Shown: piece after piece, positions 9,415-25,167 of the stretch
How positions within the stretch are numbered: position 1 is the first letter of the stretch
Layout: every line of letters starts with the position of its first letter
Source: an uncultured Gammaproteobacteria bacterium
GTDB taxonomy: Bacteria; Pseudomonadota; Gammaproteobacteria; UBA9214
Assembly: GCA_963827755.1 (NCBI GenBank)
Contig: CAWHCQ010000021.1
Location: 105,428-169,427 of the forward strand
Length of the DNA stretch: 64,000 nucleotides
Direction of reading: 5' to 3'
Made by a program: the position numbers and the translations under genes
Notes under the pieces: generated by a model
Seen by the model: only the letters and a program-made list of their open reading frames with translations
The model's database searches: none
What the model was told of the DNA's origin: nothing

Positions 9415-11307
9415 GTGACGGCACCCGCAAAAACATATGACGTGATCGTGGTCGGCGGCGGCCATGCAGGTACCGAGGCCGCGCTGGCGGCGGCGCGGTC
9501 GGGTGCGCGCACCCTGTTGCTGACACACAACTTCGAGACCCTCGGGCAAATGAGCTGTAACCCGGCCATCGGCGGGATCGGCAAGAGCCACCTGGTGAAG
9601 GAAATCGATGCGCTTGGCGGGTTGATGGCGCTGGCCGCCGATCGGGCCGGAATCCATTTCCGGGTCCTCAATGGCAGCAAGGGCCCGGCCGTGCGCGCGA
9701 CCCGGGCCCAGGCCGACCGGATGCTCTACCGGCAGGCAGTGCGCCGGCACCTGGAACACCAGCCGGGCCTGCAATTGTTCCAGCAGGCCGTCGATGACCT
9801 GATCGTCGAGGGCGAGCGGGTCAGCGGTGTCGTTACCGCCATGGGGCTGCGTTTTTTTGCGCCCACCGTGGTGCTGACGGTCGGCACTTTCCTCGGTGGC
9901 CGCATTCATATCGGCAAGACCAGCACGGCCGGTGGCCGTGCCGGTGATCCGCCGGCCAATGCGCTGGCCGCGCGCTTGCGTGAACTGCCGCTGCGTGTCG
10001 AGCGCCTGAAGACAGGTACGCCACCGCGTATTGACGGGCGCAGCATTGATTATTCGCAGCTGCAGGCACAACCCGGTGACCGGCCATTGCCGGTGATGTC
10101 CTTTCTCGGCAGGCGCGAAGACCATCCGCGGCAGCTGGATTGCCACATCACCCGTACCAACAGCCGCACCCACGACATCATCCGTGCCGGGCTGGCGGAC
10201 TCGCCGATGTACAGCGGCGCCATCCAGGGGACGGGACCGCGGTATTGTCCGTCGATCGAGGACAAGGTGGTGCGCTTTGCCGACCGGGACAGCCACCAGG
10301 TGTTCGTTGAGCCGGAAGGGCTTGATACCCATGAGGTTTATCCGAACGGTATTTCGACCAGCCTGTCCTTTGCCGTGCAGGAACAACTGGTGCATTCCAT
10401 GGCCGGGTTTGAATCCGCCCATATCACGCGCCCCGGCTATGCCATTGAATATGATTTCTTTGATCCGCGTGACCTGAAGCACTCGCTCGAGACCAAGGTC
10501 ATCAGCGGCCTGTATTTTGCCGGGCAGATCAATGGCACCACCGGCTACGAGGAGGCCGCCGCCCAGGGCCTGCTGGCCGGACTGAATGCCGCGCGCCGCA
10601 CGCGGGACCTGGAACCCTGGCTGCCAGGGCGCGACGAGGCCTATATAGGGGTGCTCGTTGACGACCTGGTGACGCTCGGCACCAGCGAGCCCTACCGGAT
10701 GTTCACCAGCCGCGCCGAATACCGGCTGCTGTTACGCCAGGATAATGCAGACCTGCGCCTGACAGCGGTCGGGCGCGAAATGGGGCTGGTCGACGACCAC
10801 CGCTGGGCGCATTTCAGCGCCAGGCGCGAGGCCATTGAAGCCGAACAGCAGCGCCTGCAAACCCTGCTGGTGCGCCCCGACACGCCGGCGGCGGACGGCC
10901 TCGCGGAAATACTCGATAAACCGCTGCGCCGCGAACAATATGCCCATGAATTGCTGCGTCGCCCGGAAGTCAGCTACCGTGCATTGACAGCGATTGAAGG
11001 CTTCGGACCCGGTGTTGCGGATGAGCAGGTGGCCGAGCAGGTGGATATCCAGGCAAGCTACTCCGGCTACCTCGATCGGCAGCTGGCAGAGATCGAGCGG
11101 GCGCATCACAACCGCGAACAACCACTGGCGGTGAATTTCGATTACAATGCAGTCCGGGGGCTTTCCAATGAAGTCTGTGAGAAACTGCTGGCTGTCAGAC
11201 CGGAGACCATTGGTCAGGCTGCACGGATTCCAGGCGTCACACCGGCGGCGGTATCCCTGTTGCTGGTTCATTTAAAAAAACACCGGGCGTTGGCAAAAAC
11301 CGCCTGA
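9415..11307 (+). CDS. mnmG: tRNA uridine modification enzyme MnmG (GidA)
   Basis: [43 protein letters not shown]. Confidence 0.98.
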   Translation: MTAPAKTYDVIVVGGGHAGTEAALAAARSGARTLLLTHNFETLGQMSCNPAIGGIGKSHLVKEIDALGGLMALAADRAGIHFRVLNGSKGPAVRATRAQADRMLYRQAVRRHLEHQPGLQLFQQAVDDLIVEGERVSGVVTAMGLRFFAPTVVLTVGTFLGGRIHIGKTSTAGGRAGDPPANALAARLRELPLRVERLKTGTPPRIDGRSIDYSQLQAQPGDRPLPVMSFLGRREDHPRQLDCHITRTNSRTHDIIRAGLADSPMYSGAIQGTGPRYCPSIEDKVVRFADRDSHQVFVEPEGLDTHEVYPNGISTSLSFAVQEQLVHSMAGFESAHITRPGYAIEYDFFDPRDLKHSLETKVISGLYFAGQINGTTGYEEAAAQGLLAGLNAARRTRDLEPWLPGRDEAYIGVLVDDLVTLGTSEPYRMFTSRAEYRLLLRQDNADLRLTAVGREMGLVDDHRWAHFSARREAIEAEQQRLQTLLVRPDTPAADGLAEILDKPLRREQYAHELLRRPEVSYRALTAIEGFGPGVADEQVAEQVDIQASYSGYLDRQLAEIERAHHNREQPLAVNFDYNAVRGLSNEVCEKLLAVRPETIGQAARIPGVTPAAVSLLLVHLKKHRALAKTA

Positions 11308-11331
11308 ACAGGGCCACTACCATGACAGGTC

Positions 11332-12033
11332 ATGTATACCGGACTTTATAACCGTAAACGCAAGGGACGCAGCAACGACGCTGCCGACCCTGGTGAGTTG
11401 CTTGAAAACGGTATCTACGAGCTGGGTCTGGAAGAGCGCCTCGCCGGTGACAATCTGCTGATGGAGTATGTTACCGAGCTGCTCAACTGGAACCGTGTCT
11501 ATAACCTGACATCGGTTCGCAAACCTGCCGACATCATCACCCGTCATATCCTCGATAGTCTGACACTTGTTCCGCACCTGAACGGCGAGCGTATACTCGA
11601 TGTGGGTACCGGCGCCGGCCTGCCGGGTATCGTTCTTGCAATTGCCTGTCCGGAACTTGAATTCGTATTGCTGGACAGCAGCAGCAAGAAATTGCGCTTC
11701 GTGCAGCAGACGCTCGGCATATTGCAGCTGGAGAATGTTACGCTCGAAAACTGCCGGCTGGAGGAATACCGGCCGGATGTCCTGTTTGACACCATTATAT
11801 GCCGCGCCTTTTCAGACCTGCCGGATTTCTACCGCCATAGCGCTCACCTGTGCGCTGACAACGGCCGCATGCTGGCCATGAAAGGCGTGTACCCGATGAC
11901 CGAAATCGAGTGCCTGAATGACAAGACCCTGATTGATGATGTCGTCGCACTGAAGGTGCCCGGCCTGGATGCCGAGCGTCACCTGGTAATCATGCATGCG
12001 GCGCAGGCAAACCAGGCCGCAGGTACCCAGTAA
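11332..12033 (+). CDS. rsmG: 16S rRNA m7G527 methyltransferase
   Basis: WNRVYNLT, HILDSL, DVGTGAGLPG; synteny. Confidence 0.95.
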   Translation: MYTGLYNRKRKGRSNDAADPGELLENGIYELGLEERLAGDNLLMEYVTELLNWNRVYNLTSVRKPADIITRHILDSLTLVPHLNGERILDVGTGAGLPGIVLAIACPELEFVLLDSSSKKLRFVQQTLGILQLENVTLENCRLEEYRPDVLFDTIICRAFSDLPDFYRHSAHLCADNGRMLAMKGVYPMTEIECLNDKTLIDDVVALKVPGLDAERHLVIMHAAQANQAAGTQ

Positions 12034-12036
12034 CCC

Positions 12037-12846
12037 GTGGGACAGATACTCGCAGTCACGAATCAGAAAGGCGGTGTTGGCAAGACCACCACCAGCGTCA
12101 ACATGGCCGCTTCGCTGGCCGAGACCGGCAAGCGCGTCTTGCTGATAGATCTCGATGCACAGGGCAATGCGACCATGGGCAGCGGTATCGACAAGCATGA
12201 TGTCGAAAAGACCGGTTACGACGTGCTGATGGACCACGCGGAAGTGCGCGACGTCACGCTGCATGCAAGCAGTGCCGGCTATGACCTGCTGCCGGGCAAC
12301 AGTGACCTGACAGCCGCCGAGGTCGAGCTGCTGAACAAGGACAACGCCGACCGCCGGCTGCGCTCTGCCCTGACCTATGTGCAGAATGACTATGATCTGG
12401 TGATCATCGATTGTCCGCCGTCGCTCAGCATGTTGACGATCAATGCGCTGGCGGCTGCGCACGGCGTTCTCATCCCGATCCAGTGTGAATACTATGCGCT
12501 GGAAGGTTTATCCGCACTGCTGGATACGGTGGAAAAGGTGCGCGACAACATCAACCCGGAACTGGAGATAGAGGGCCTGTTGCGCACCATGTACGATGCG
12601 CGCAATAACCTCGCCAATGACGTGTCCGCACAATTGCAGCAGCATTTTGGCGACAAGCTGTACCGCACCATAATTCCGCGCAACGTGCGCCTGGCAGAGG
12701 CACCCAGCCACGGCATGCCGGTCATCCGTTATGACAGGGGCTCGCGCGGTGCCATGGCCTATCTTGCGCTCGCCGGCGAATACAACCGGCGCCATCCCTC
12801 GGCAAACGTGGTGCGGGAAACGCAGACTGCCGGCAAGACAGCCTGA
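12037..12846 (+). CDS. parA: Chromosome partitioning ATPase ParA/Soj
   Basis: NQKGGVGKTTT, DCPPSL, QCEYYALEG. Confidence 0.96.
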   Translation: MGQILAVTNQKGGVGKTTTSVNMAASLAETGKRVLLIDLDAQGNATMGSGIDKHDVEKTGYDVLMDHAEVRDVTLHASSAGYDLLPGNSDLTAAEVELLNKDNADRRLRSALTYVQNDYDLVIIDCPPSLSMLTINALAAAHGVLIPIQCEYYALEGLSALLDTVEKVRDNINPELEIEGLLRTMYDARNNLANDVSAQLQQHFGDKLYRTIIPRNVRLAEAPSHGMPVIRYDRGSRGAMAYLALAGEYNRRHPSANVVRETQTAGKTA

Positions 12847-12894
12847 TCGCGCAGTTCAAACCTGTAGTCGTCAATCATTGAAACGGTAACCGAA

Positions 12895-13800
12895 ATGACA
12901 GCAAGAAAACGTGGATTGGGCAGGGGGCTGGATGCCTTACTTGGTTCGGCATCGCGCCAGCCAGATACGGCGGCGGAGCTCAAGGCGGTGCCGGAGACGG
13001 TTGTTGCCGGCCCGCCTGCAGACGGTACCCTGTGCGCATTGCCGGTTGATGTCATTCAGCGCGGCGAGTACCAGCCGCGCGTCGACATGCACCAGGAGTC
13101 ACTCCAGGACCTGGCGGATTCCATTGCCGTGCAGGGTGTCGTGCAGCCCATCGTGGTGCGCACTATCGGCGAAAACCGCTACGAGATTGTTGCCGGCGAG
13201 CGCCGCTGGCGTGCCGCGCAAATGGCCGGACTGCACGAAATCCCGGCAGTGGTGCGCGAGGTGGATGACCGTTCCGCGATTGCCATTGCACTGATCGAAA
13301 ATATCCAGCGTGAAAACCTCAACCCGCTTGAAGAGGCGCGCGCACTGGCGCGGCTCATCGATGAGTTTGAACTGACGCACGAACAGGCCGCCGCGGCCGT
13401 CGGTCGTTCACGCGCGGCCGTCTCGAACCTGTTGCGCCTGCTGGATCTCGATGACGGCGTCAAGGTTTTGCTGGAACGCGGCGAACTTGAAATGGGCCAT
13501 GCACGCGCCCTGCTGGCACTGGCCGGCGCACGCCAGGTGGAGGCGGCCCGGCAGGTGGTTGCGCGCGGCCTGAGCGTGCGCGCGACCGAGGGGCTCGTCA
13601 GGCAGCTGCAGCAAAAACCGGCCAGCCGGACGACTCACGCCAGGCCGAAAGACCCGAATGTCCAGAGGCTGGAGGCCGACCTGTCTGACAAGCTCGGTGC
13701 CAGCGTCGTGCTGCGCCAGGGCAAGGGCGGCAAGGGCAAGCTGGAAATCAGCTACAACAGCCTCGATGAACTCGACGGCATTCTCGAGCATATCCATTGA
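12895..13800 (+). CDS. parB: Chromosome partitioning protein ParB
   Basis: GLGRGLDAL, AGERRWRAA, ENIQRENL. Confidence 0.96.
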   Translation: MTARKRGLGRGLDALLGSASRQPDTAAELKAVPETVVAGPPADGTLCALPVDVIQRGEYQPRVDMHQESLQDLADSIAVQGVVQPIVVRTIGENRYEIVAGERRWRAAQMAGLHEIPAVVREVDDRSAIAIALIENIQRENLNPLEEARALARLIDEFELTHEQAAAAVGRSRAAVSNLLRLLDLDDGVKVLLERGELEMGHARALLALAGARQVEAARQVVARGLSVRATEGLVRQLQQKPASRTTHARPKDPNVQRLEADLSDKLGASVVLRQGKGGKGKLEISYNSLDELDGILEHIH

Positions 13801-13888
13801 ACCTGGAATACAGGGGGGGAGACACGTCGCTTGCGGCGGCCCCTCTTCAGCGCCGTGCAGATAAACGGCCGTTGTTTTCCCGAATTTA

Positions 13889-13918
13889 TTGACCCCACCT
13901 ATAGACTCTTCTTATAAT
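13889..13918 (+). promoter_or_regulatory. sigma70 promoter of atp operon
   Basis: TTGACC-N18-TATAAT. Confidence 0.65.
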
Positions 13919-14022
13919 CCCCGGCTGTCCGGATGCCGTTATCAGCGTCCTCCAGGCAATGACGATTCCCAGCGGCCATTTGGCTGGCCGCACGTAACTT
14001 GCTGATTAACAGGCTGAAAATA

Positions 14023-14393
14023 GTGCTTTTGGCGAGCGACACCCGCAAGCTGGTGATGCTTCAACTGCTGCTGGTTAGCCGTCACCTCAGTCGTTTTTTT
14101 CGTGATAGACGGGGGTTTTCAGGCGGGATCGGCTGCGTTTGGCGGTGTTTGCGCCTGCGCCAACCGGCTCTGGCTCGAATGGCGGGCACAGGTCTGCCGA
14201 CCGGGGCCGGGCGCTCAGCGCCGGGCAGAGCATCCGCTTGCTGTATCGCACGGCGGTTGAGCGTTTTGTACTGGTCGGGGTGATGTTTGCGCTGGGCCTG
14301 GGTGTATGGCGGCTGGATCCGCTGGCGTTGTTAACGGGATTTATCGTGGGCCAGCTGGCCCTTGTATTTACTGCAACCGGAAAAACGAATTAG
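14023..14393 (+). CDS. atpI: ATP synthase protein I (frameshifted in this sequence)
   Basis: Hydrophobic segments split across frames, immediately before atpB. Confidence 0.75.
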
Positions 14394-14395
14394 TC

Positions 14396-15239
<844 letters not shown>

Positions 15240-15271
15240 TTTTTACATTTGAACAGCACGTTACACTTTAG

Positions 15272-15523
<252 letters not shown>

Positions 15524-15556
15524 ACAGCGCGCTGAACTAACAGCAGAGGTTCTGAC

Positions 15557-16028
15557 ATGAATATCAATGCCACTCTTATCGGCCAGGCAATTGCCTTTTT
15601 CCTGTTTGTCGTGTTCTGCATGAAGTTTGTGTGGCCACCGATCCTGCAGGCATTGCAGGAGCGCAAGGCAAAGATTGCCGATGGCCTGGCGGCTGCCGAG
15701 CATGGCAAGCGCGAACAGGAACTGGCCGAAGAACGCGCCAAGGAACTGTTGCGTGAAGCCAAGGATCAGGCCGCAGAAATTATCGGCCGTGCCGACAAGC
15801 GCGCTGCCGAGATTGTTGAGGAAGCCAAGGATGATGCCAAGACCGAGGGCGCACGCCTGATGACAGCTGCGCAGTCTGAAATCGACACAGGAAGTTAACC
15901 GCGTGAAGGAAGACCTGCGCGGACAGGTGGTTTCCATTGCACTTGCCGGTGCCGGCAAGGTGCTCGGGCGCGAGGTCGATGAAAGCGCGCATGCCGAATT
16001 GCTGGACAAGCTGGCTGCTGAAATCTGA
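15557..16028 (+). CDS. atpF: F0 subunit b (frameshift near 15890)
   Basis: [10 protein letters not shown]...KFVWPP; C-terminus continues in another frame to a TGA overlapping atpH. Confidence 0.95.
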
Positions 16029-16564
16029 TGGCCGAGGCAATCACCATTGCACGTCCCTATGCGCAGGCAGCATTTATGTTTGCCAATGCGCATCACACGT
16101 TAAAAGACTGGTCGGACATGCTCGGCCTGCTCGCCGCTATTGCCGACGATGCTGCCATGCGTGACCTGATCCACAGTCCTCACGTGAGCGACACACAGCT
16201 GGCCGACCTGTTTATAGGTGTGGGCGGCGACAAATTAAACGAGAAGTGCGTCAATTTTGTACGTGTGCTGGCAAGCAACAGGCGGCTGGACCTTTTGCCC
16301 GAGATAGCCGTGTTGTTTGAAATCCAGCGTCGCGATGCCGAGGGTACGATCCAGGCAGAACTGGTAACGCCTTTTCCGGCGACCGAGGCACAACAGGCCA
16401 GTGTCGTGGAAAGCCTGCGCAAACGCCTCGGCCGCGAGGTTGAGCTGAGCTGTTCGATTGACCGCGATCTGCTGGGTGGCGCCATCATTCGTGCCGGTGA
16501 CCTGGTGATTGACGGCTCCGTGCGCGGCAAGCTGGAGCGTCTCGGCAACGCACTGACACACTGA
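16028..16564 (+). CDS. atpH: F1 subunit delta
   Basis: TIARPYAQAAF, IDGSVRGKL. Confidence 0.97.
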   Translation: MAEAITIARPYAQAAFMFANAHHTLKDWSDMLGLLAAIADDAAMRDLIHSPHVSDTQLADLFIGVGGDKLNEKCVNFVRVLASNRRLDLLPEIAVLFEIQRRDAEGTIQAELVTPFPATEAQQASVVESLRKRLGREVELSCSIDRDLLGGAIIRAGDLVIDGSVRGKLERLGNALTH

Positions 16565-16597
16565 CATATTTAACGGGTTTTATCCAAGGTAAAAACT

Positions 16598-18139
16598 ATG
16601 CAACTCAATCCGACTGAAATCAGCGAACTGATCAAGAGCCGCATCGAACAATTCGAGGCCGTGTCCGAGGCGCGCACCGAGGGTACGGTCGTCAGCCTGA
16701 CTGACGGTATCGCACGTATTCACGGCCTCGCCGACGTCATGCAGGGTGAAATGATTGAGTTCCCCGGCAACATTTTCGGCATGGCGCTGAACCTGGAACG
16801 CGACTCCGTTGGTGCGGTGATCCTGGGTGATTACAAGGGCATCACGGAAGGCGACAGCGTCAAGTGCACCGGCCGTATTCTCGAGGTTCCGGTGGGTGAG
16901 GCGCTGCTCGGTCGTGTTGTCGATTCACTCGGTAACCCGATCGACGGCAAGGGCGCGATCGATTCTTCCATGACATCGCCAATTGAAAAAATTGCACCGG
17001 GCGTGATTGAACGCAAGTCGGTTGACCAGCCGGTGCAGACCGGCCTGAAGTCAATCGATGCCATGGTGCCGATTGGCCGCGGGCAGCGTGAGTTGATCAT
17101 CGGTGACCGCCAGACCGGCAAGACCGCGGTGGCGATTGATGCCATCATCAACCAGAAAGACACCGGCGTTAAATGCATCTACGTCGCTATCGGACAGAAG
17201 AACTCGTCGATTGCCACCGTGGTGCGCAAGCTGGAAGAGCACGGCGCCATGGAACATACCATCATCGTGGCCGCGGCGGCTGCAGAGTCCGCCGCGATGC
17301 AGTACATTGCACCGTATGCCGGTTGTACCATGGGTGAATATTTCCGTGATCGCGGTGAAGACGCGCTGATTATCTACGACGATCTGACCAAGCAGGCCTG
17401 GGCCTATCGCCAGGTGTCACTGCTGCTGCGCCGCCCGCCGGGCCGCGAGGCCTATCCGGGTGACGTGTTCTACCTGCACTCGCGTTTGCTGGAGCGCTCC
17501 TCGCGCATCAATGCAGCGGAAGTGGAGAAGCGCACCAATGGCGCAGTGAAAGGCAAGACCGGTTCACTGACCGCGCTGCCAATCATTGAAACACAGGCCG
17601 GTGACGTGTCGGCCTTCGTGCCGACCAACGTGATTTCCATTACGGACGGCCAGATCTTCCTGGAATCCGACCTGTTCAATGCCGGTATTCGACCGGCCAT
17701 TAATGCCGGCCTGTCGGTGTCGCGCGTGGGTGGTGCGGCGCAGACAAAAATTATTAAAAAGCTCGGTGGCACTGTGCGCCTGGCCCTGGCCCAGTACCGC
17801 GAACTGGCGGCCTTCTCCCAGTTTGCCTCCGATCTTGATGAGGCGACGCGCAAGCAGCTCGAACGCGGCCAGCGTGTAACCGAGTTGATGAAGCAGAAAC
17901 AGTATTCACCATTGTCGGTGGCCGAGATGGCGGTGTCCCTGTATGCCGCTGAAGAAGGCTACCTGGATGATGTCGACCTGAACAAGATCGTCGATTTCGA
18001 GCATGCCATGCATGCCTACATGCGTGCCAGCCAGGCGGCATTGCTCGACACGATCAACACGACGGGTGATTACAACGATGAAATCGTATCCGGGCTGAAG
18101 GCCGCGGTCGAGGATTTCAAGCAGAACGGTACCTGGTAG
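16598..18139 (+). CDS. atpA: F1 subunit alpha
   Basis: [29 protein letters not shown]. Confidence 0.99.
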   Translation: MQLNPTEISELIKSRIEQFEAVSEARTEGTVVSLTDGIARIHGLADVMQGEMIEFPGNIFGMALNLERDSVGAVILGDYKGITEGDSVKCTGRILEVPVGEALLGRVVDSLGNPIDGKGAIDSSMTSPIEKIAPGVIERKSVDQPVQTGLKSIDAMVPIGRGQRELIIGDRQTGKTAVAIDAIINQKDTGVKCIYVAIGQKNSSIATVVRKLEEHGAMEHTIIVAAAAAESAAMQYIAPYAGCTMGEYFRDRGEDALIIYDDLTKQAWAYRQVSLLLRRPPGREAYPGDVFYLHSRLLERSSRINAAEVEKRTNGAVKGKTGSLTALPIIETQAGDVSAFVPTNVISITDGQIFLESDLFNAGIRPAINAGLSVSRVGGAAQTKIIKKLGGTVRLALAQYRELAAFSQFASDLDEATRKQLERGQRVTELMKQKQYSPLSVAEMAVSLYAAEEGYLDDVDLNKIVDFEHAMHAYMRASQAALLDTINTTGDYNDEIVSGLKAAVEDFKQNGTW

Positions 18140-18153
18140 TGGCAAGGTTTTTC

Positions 18154-18236
18154 GCAGCCCGGATGAAGCAAGGCACAATCCGGGAAAATGATAACCGCTT
18201 TCCGGATTGCGGCCATGCGGCTTCCATCCGGGCTAC
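18154..18236. repeat. REP-like inverted doublet between atpA and atpG
   Basis: GCAGCCCGGATG...AATCCGGG and inverted CCGGATT...CATCCGGGCTAC. Confidence 0.7.
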
Positions 18237-18269
18237 CGTGTTTTTGATCAGGGACAACAGGGCAGGGTA

Positions 18270-19130
18270 ATGGCAGGCGCGAAGGAAATCCGCACCAAGA
18301 TTGCGAGCATCAAGAATACGCAGAAGATCACCAAGGCCATGGAGATGGTGGCGGCGAGCAAGATGCGCAGGGCACAGGAGCGTATGCAGGCAACGCGTCC
18401 CTATGCCGAAAAGATCCAGAACGTGATTTCGCACCTCGCGCATGCCCATCCGGAATACCATCATCCCTACCTGGCAACACGCGAGACGAAACGGGTTGGC
18501 ATGATCATTATTTCCACAGACCGTGGTCTGTGCGGCGGCCTGAACATCAATCTCTTCAAGTCGGCCCTTACCCGGCTGCGCGAATGGGATGAGGCAGGGC
18601 TGGAAGTCGACCTGACCCTGATCGGTACCAAGAGCAACTCCTTTTTCAAGCGCATGAAGTGTGATATTTCCGCTTCCGCCACTCACCTGGGTGATGCGCC
18701 ATCGATCGTTGAGCTGATCGGCACCATCAAGGTGATGCTGGATGCCTATGAGGAGGGCCGAATCGACAGCCTTTATCTCGCACACAACGAGTTCGTCAAC
18801 ACCATGACACAAAACCCGTCGATCAAGCAGTTGATCCCGATCGAGCGCGAGCCGGACAAGAAACTGGAGACTCACTGGGACTACATTTACGAGCCGGATT
18901 CGAAGCCGGTGATGGATTCCCTGATGATTCGCTACATCGAGTCGCTGGTTTACCAGGGCATGGTGGAGAACGTGGCCTGTGAGCAGTCGGCACGCATGGT
19001 CGCGATGAAGTCGGCGACCGACAATGCCGGCGACCTGATCGACGAGCTGCAGCTGATCTACAACAAGGCGCGGCAGGCAGCCATTACCCAGGAAATCTCC
19101 GAGATTGTCGCGGGTGCGGCTGCGGTATAG
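18270..19130 (+). CDS. atpG: F1 subunit gamma
   Basis: [30 protein letters not shown]. Confidence 0.98.
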   Translation: MAGAKEIRTKIASIKNTQKITKAMEMVAASKMRRAQERMQATRPYAEKIQNVISHLAHAHPEYHHPYLATRETKRVGMIIISTDRGLCGGLNINLFKSALTRLREWDEAGLEVDLTLIGTKSNSFFKRMKCDISASATHLGDAPSIVELIGTIKVMLDAYEEGRIDSLYLAHNEFVNTMTQNPSIKQLIPIEREPDKKLETHWDYIYEPDSKPVMDSLMIRYIESLVYQGMVENVACEQSARMVAMKSATDNAGDLIDELQLIYNKARQAAITQEISEIVAGAAAV

Positions 19131-19135
19131 AATAA

Positions 19136-20620
<1,485 letters not shown>

Positions 20621-20622
20621 TC

Positions 20623-21042
20623 ATGGCTATGACACTGCACATTGATATCGTCAGCGCCGAAGCCGAGATCTTCTCGGGCACGGCAACGATGGTATTTGCA
20701 CCCGCCGAAATGGGTGAGCTGGGTATTGCTCCGCGTCACACGCCTTTACTGGCTCGTCTCAAGCCGGGTGAAGTACGCGTGCAAACCCAGCAAGGCGAGG
20801 AGCTGTCATTTTTTGTTTCCGGCGGCATGCTGGAAATCCAGCCGCACGTCGTCACCGTGCTTGCCGACACAGCCATTCGCGCGGCTGATCTTGACGAAGC
20901 GCAGGCGCTGGAAGCCAGGGACCGTGCCAGGAAGATGCTGACCGACAAGACGGCCGATGTTGATTATGCGAGGGCGCAGGCCGAGCTGGCACAGTCCATG
21001 GCGCAACTGGCGGCCATTCGCAAGTTGCGTGAAAAACCCTGA
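20623..21042 (+). CDS. atpC: F1 subunit epsilon
   Basis: [22 protein letters not shown]. Confidence 0.97.
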   Translation: MAMTLHIDIVSAEAEIFSGTATMVFAPAEMGELGIAPRHTPLLARLKPGEVRVQTQQGEELSFFVSGGMLEIQPHVVTVLADTAIRAADLDEAQALEARDRARKMLTDKTADVDYARAQAELAQSMAQLAAIRKLREKP

Positions 21043-21530
21043 TGTCCGATAGCGCTGTCGGCAGGGAGAAGGTCGTTACCTTCACCTACTCGATCTCGGA
21101 CGAGTCCGGCGAAATTCTGGAGCAGTCGGATATACCGATCAGTTACGTTCATGGCGGCAAGCACGACTTGTTTGAAAAGGTCGAGCATGCACTGGACGGT
21201 TCCGTTGTCGGTGATTCCATCGATGTAAGGCTGACGCCGGAAGAAGGCTTTGGTGCGCATGACCCGAAGCTGACTTATACCGATGACCTGGAGAATGTAC
21301 CGCCGGAGTTCCAGCACATCGGTGCCGAGGTAGAGATGATGAACGATCAGGGCGAATCAATGAAATTCACCGTCACCTCCATCGAGGACGGCAAGCTGAC
21401 CGTGGATGGCAATCATCCAATGGCCGGCAAGGCGATTATCTTCCATATCAAGGTCATCGACATACGCGAGGCAACGCCCGCCGAGATCGCCAATGGCGTA
21501 GAGCCGATGGCCATGCCGGTGCTGCACTGA
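21042..21530 (+). CDS. FKBP-type peptidyl-prolyl isomerase (SlyD-like, no His-rich tail)
   Basis: LTPEEGFG, VDGNHPMAGK. Confidence 0.9.
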   Translation: MSDSAVGREKVVTFTYSISDESGEILEQSDIPISYVHGGKHDLFEKVEHALDGSVVGDSIDVRLTPEEGFGAHDPKLTYTDDLENVPPEFQHIGAEVEMMNDQGESMKFTVTSIEDGKLTVDGNHPMAGKAIIFHIKVIDIREATPAEIANGVEPMAMPVLH

Positions 21531-21626
21531 CAGCTTGCCGGGCAGTCTCCATACAAAAAGCGACACGCGTCTTTGCGCGGGAAAACACGGCGTTTGTCGA
21601 TGGAAAACAGTCGAGAAAGCATCCTG

Positions 21627-21653
21627 TAAAAAATCCCGGTGGCTTGCCGATAA
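21627..21653 (+). promoter_or_regulatory. sigma28 (FliA)-consensus promoter upstream of glmU
   Basis: TAAA-N15-GCCGATAA exact match, intergenic. Confidence 0.6.
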
Positions 21654-21759
21654 GCATACGAGTCTGTAAATCCGTGCGTGTTGGGTGTCCTGCAGCATTC
21701 TTTATGTATACTCGGTGCTGATTTATGGCTCATTCAGGTAAGCAGAAAGTGAGTAGCGT

Positions 21760-23130
21760 ATGCCGCTGAGTATTATTATTCTCGCCGCCGGACAGGGGAC
21801 ACGTATGTGTTCCGACCTTCCCAAGGTGCTCCACCCGCTGGGCGGGAAGCCGCTGCTGCATCATGTTATCGAGACTGCACGCCGGCTGGAGAGCGAGGCT
21901 GTCCATGTGGTCGTCGGCCATGGCGCCGCTCTGGTGCGTGAAGCGACTCCCGACACCGATGTTCACTGGGTCGAGCAGGCCGAGCAACTCGGCACCGGTC
22001 ACGCTGTTGCGCAGGTCATGCCTGCCGTCCCGGATGACCATATCGTACTGGTGATGTATGGCGATGTTCCGCTGGTCAGCACAGGGACATTGCAGCCCTT
22101 GTACGAGCTTGCCCGGCAGGGTTTCGTTGGTCTGCTGACTGCGGAGCTTGAAGACCCGACGGGTTACGGACGCATTCTGCATCATGCCGATGGCAGTATC
22201 AGCGGCATCGTCGAGGAGAAAGATGCCAGCAAGTCGCAACGGGCTATCAATGAAATCAACACCGGTTTTCTGGCTGTCAGCGCAGCGCGTTTGCGTGGCT
22301 GGGTTGAGGCGCTCGACAATAACAATGCATCGGGTGAATTTTATTTAACCGATGTCATTGCAAGTGCGGTATCCGATGGTTGCGGCGTGCGCGGCATTTC
22401 CGCAGAGGATGTGGAGGAAGTACTGGGCATCAATGACCGCATCCAGCTGGCAGTGCAGGAGCGCTGCTTTCAGGAACGCCAGGCAATGGCCTGCCTGCAG
22501 GCAGGTGTCACGCTGATCGACCCGGCACGTTTTGATTTGCGCGGCACCTTGCAGGCCGGCCAGGATGTGGTCATTGATGTCAACGTGGTGCTGGAGGGTG
22601 ATGTCATGCTGGGTGACCGCGTTCACATCGGGCCCAACGTGCTCATGCGCAACGTGCAGGTTGGCGACGGGGTGGAAATCCTTGCCAACTGTGTCATCGA
22701 GGATGCCGTTGTCGGCAGCAACAGTCGTATCGGACCATTTGCGCGCATCCGTCCTGAAACAGTGCTGGCTGAAAATACGCATATCGGAAATTTTGTCGAG
22801 ATCAAGAAATCAGATGTAGGTACAGGTTCGAAGATCAATCATCTTAGCTATATCGGCGATACCAGTGTGGGCAGCAGTGTGAATATCGGTGCCGGCACCA
22901 TTACCTGCAACTATGACGGTGCAAACAAGCATCGTACGCTGATCGGCGATAACGTCTTTATAGGTTCCGACACGCAACTGATTGCACCGGTCGAAATAAA
23001 GGATGGTGCCACTATTGGTGCGGGCTCGACGATTACGCAGGATGCACCAGCCGGTGAGCTGACGCTCAGCCGTACCCCGCAGGAAACCATGACCGGCTGG
23101 AAGCGGCCACGCAAGAAAGACCGGGAATAA
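21760..23130 (+). CDS. glmU: Bifunctional UDP-GlcNAc pyrophosphorylase/acetyltransferase
   Basis: LAAGQGTRM, QLGTGHAV, hexapeptide repeats, NYDGANKH. Confidence 0.98.
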   Translation: MPLSIIILAAGQGTRMCSDLPKVLHPLGGKPLLHHVIETARRLESEAVHVVVGHGAALVREATPDTDVHWVEQAEQLGTGHAVAQVMPAVPDDHIVLVMYGDVPLVSTGTLQPLYELARQGFVGLLTAELEDPTGYGRILHHADGSISGIVEEKDASKSQRAINEINTGFLAVSAARLRGWVEALDNNNASGEFYLTDVIASAVSDGCGVRGISAEDVEEVLGINDRIQLAVQERCFQERQAMACLQAGVTLIDPARFDLRGTLQAGQDVVIDVNVVLEGDVMLGDRVHIGPNVLMRNVQVGDGVEILANCVIEDAVVGSNSRIGPFARIRPETVLAENTHIGNFVEIKKSDVGTGSKINHLSYIGDTSVGSSVNIGAGTITCNYDGANKHRTLIGDNVFIGSDTQLIAPVEIKDGATIGAGSTITQDAPAGELTLSRTPQETMTGWKRPRKKDRE

Positions 23131-23135
23131 CAGCT

Positions 23136-24968
<1,833 letters not shown>

Positions 24969-25052
24969 TCAGTAAATTCAAGATGCTAGAGCAGTCTCCC
25001 GGGTAATCCCGGCCATCTCCCGCCGCCGGCGGCGCAGACCCCTCGCCGCTTC

Positions 25053-25065
25053 TAAGTTATTGATA
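25053..25065 (-). promoter_or_regulatory. IHF-consensus site
   Basis: TATCAATAACTTA matches WATCAANNNNTTR. Confidence 0.4.
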
Positions 25066-25167
25066 ATCAAACCTAAGTTTGCTTCGAAACCAGCTTGATG
25101 GTATAATTTCCTGCTGTACCTGCATGAGACAGCCGCCGCCTGAGCGGTTTATACAAGGAGTAGCACA

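Noticed and set aside
9259-10482. 5' part of the 607-aa antisense ORF over mnmG, and similar long shadow ORFs
   Set aside because: Antisense shadows of GC-rich conserved genes with no protein-like motifs
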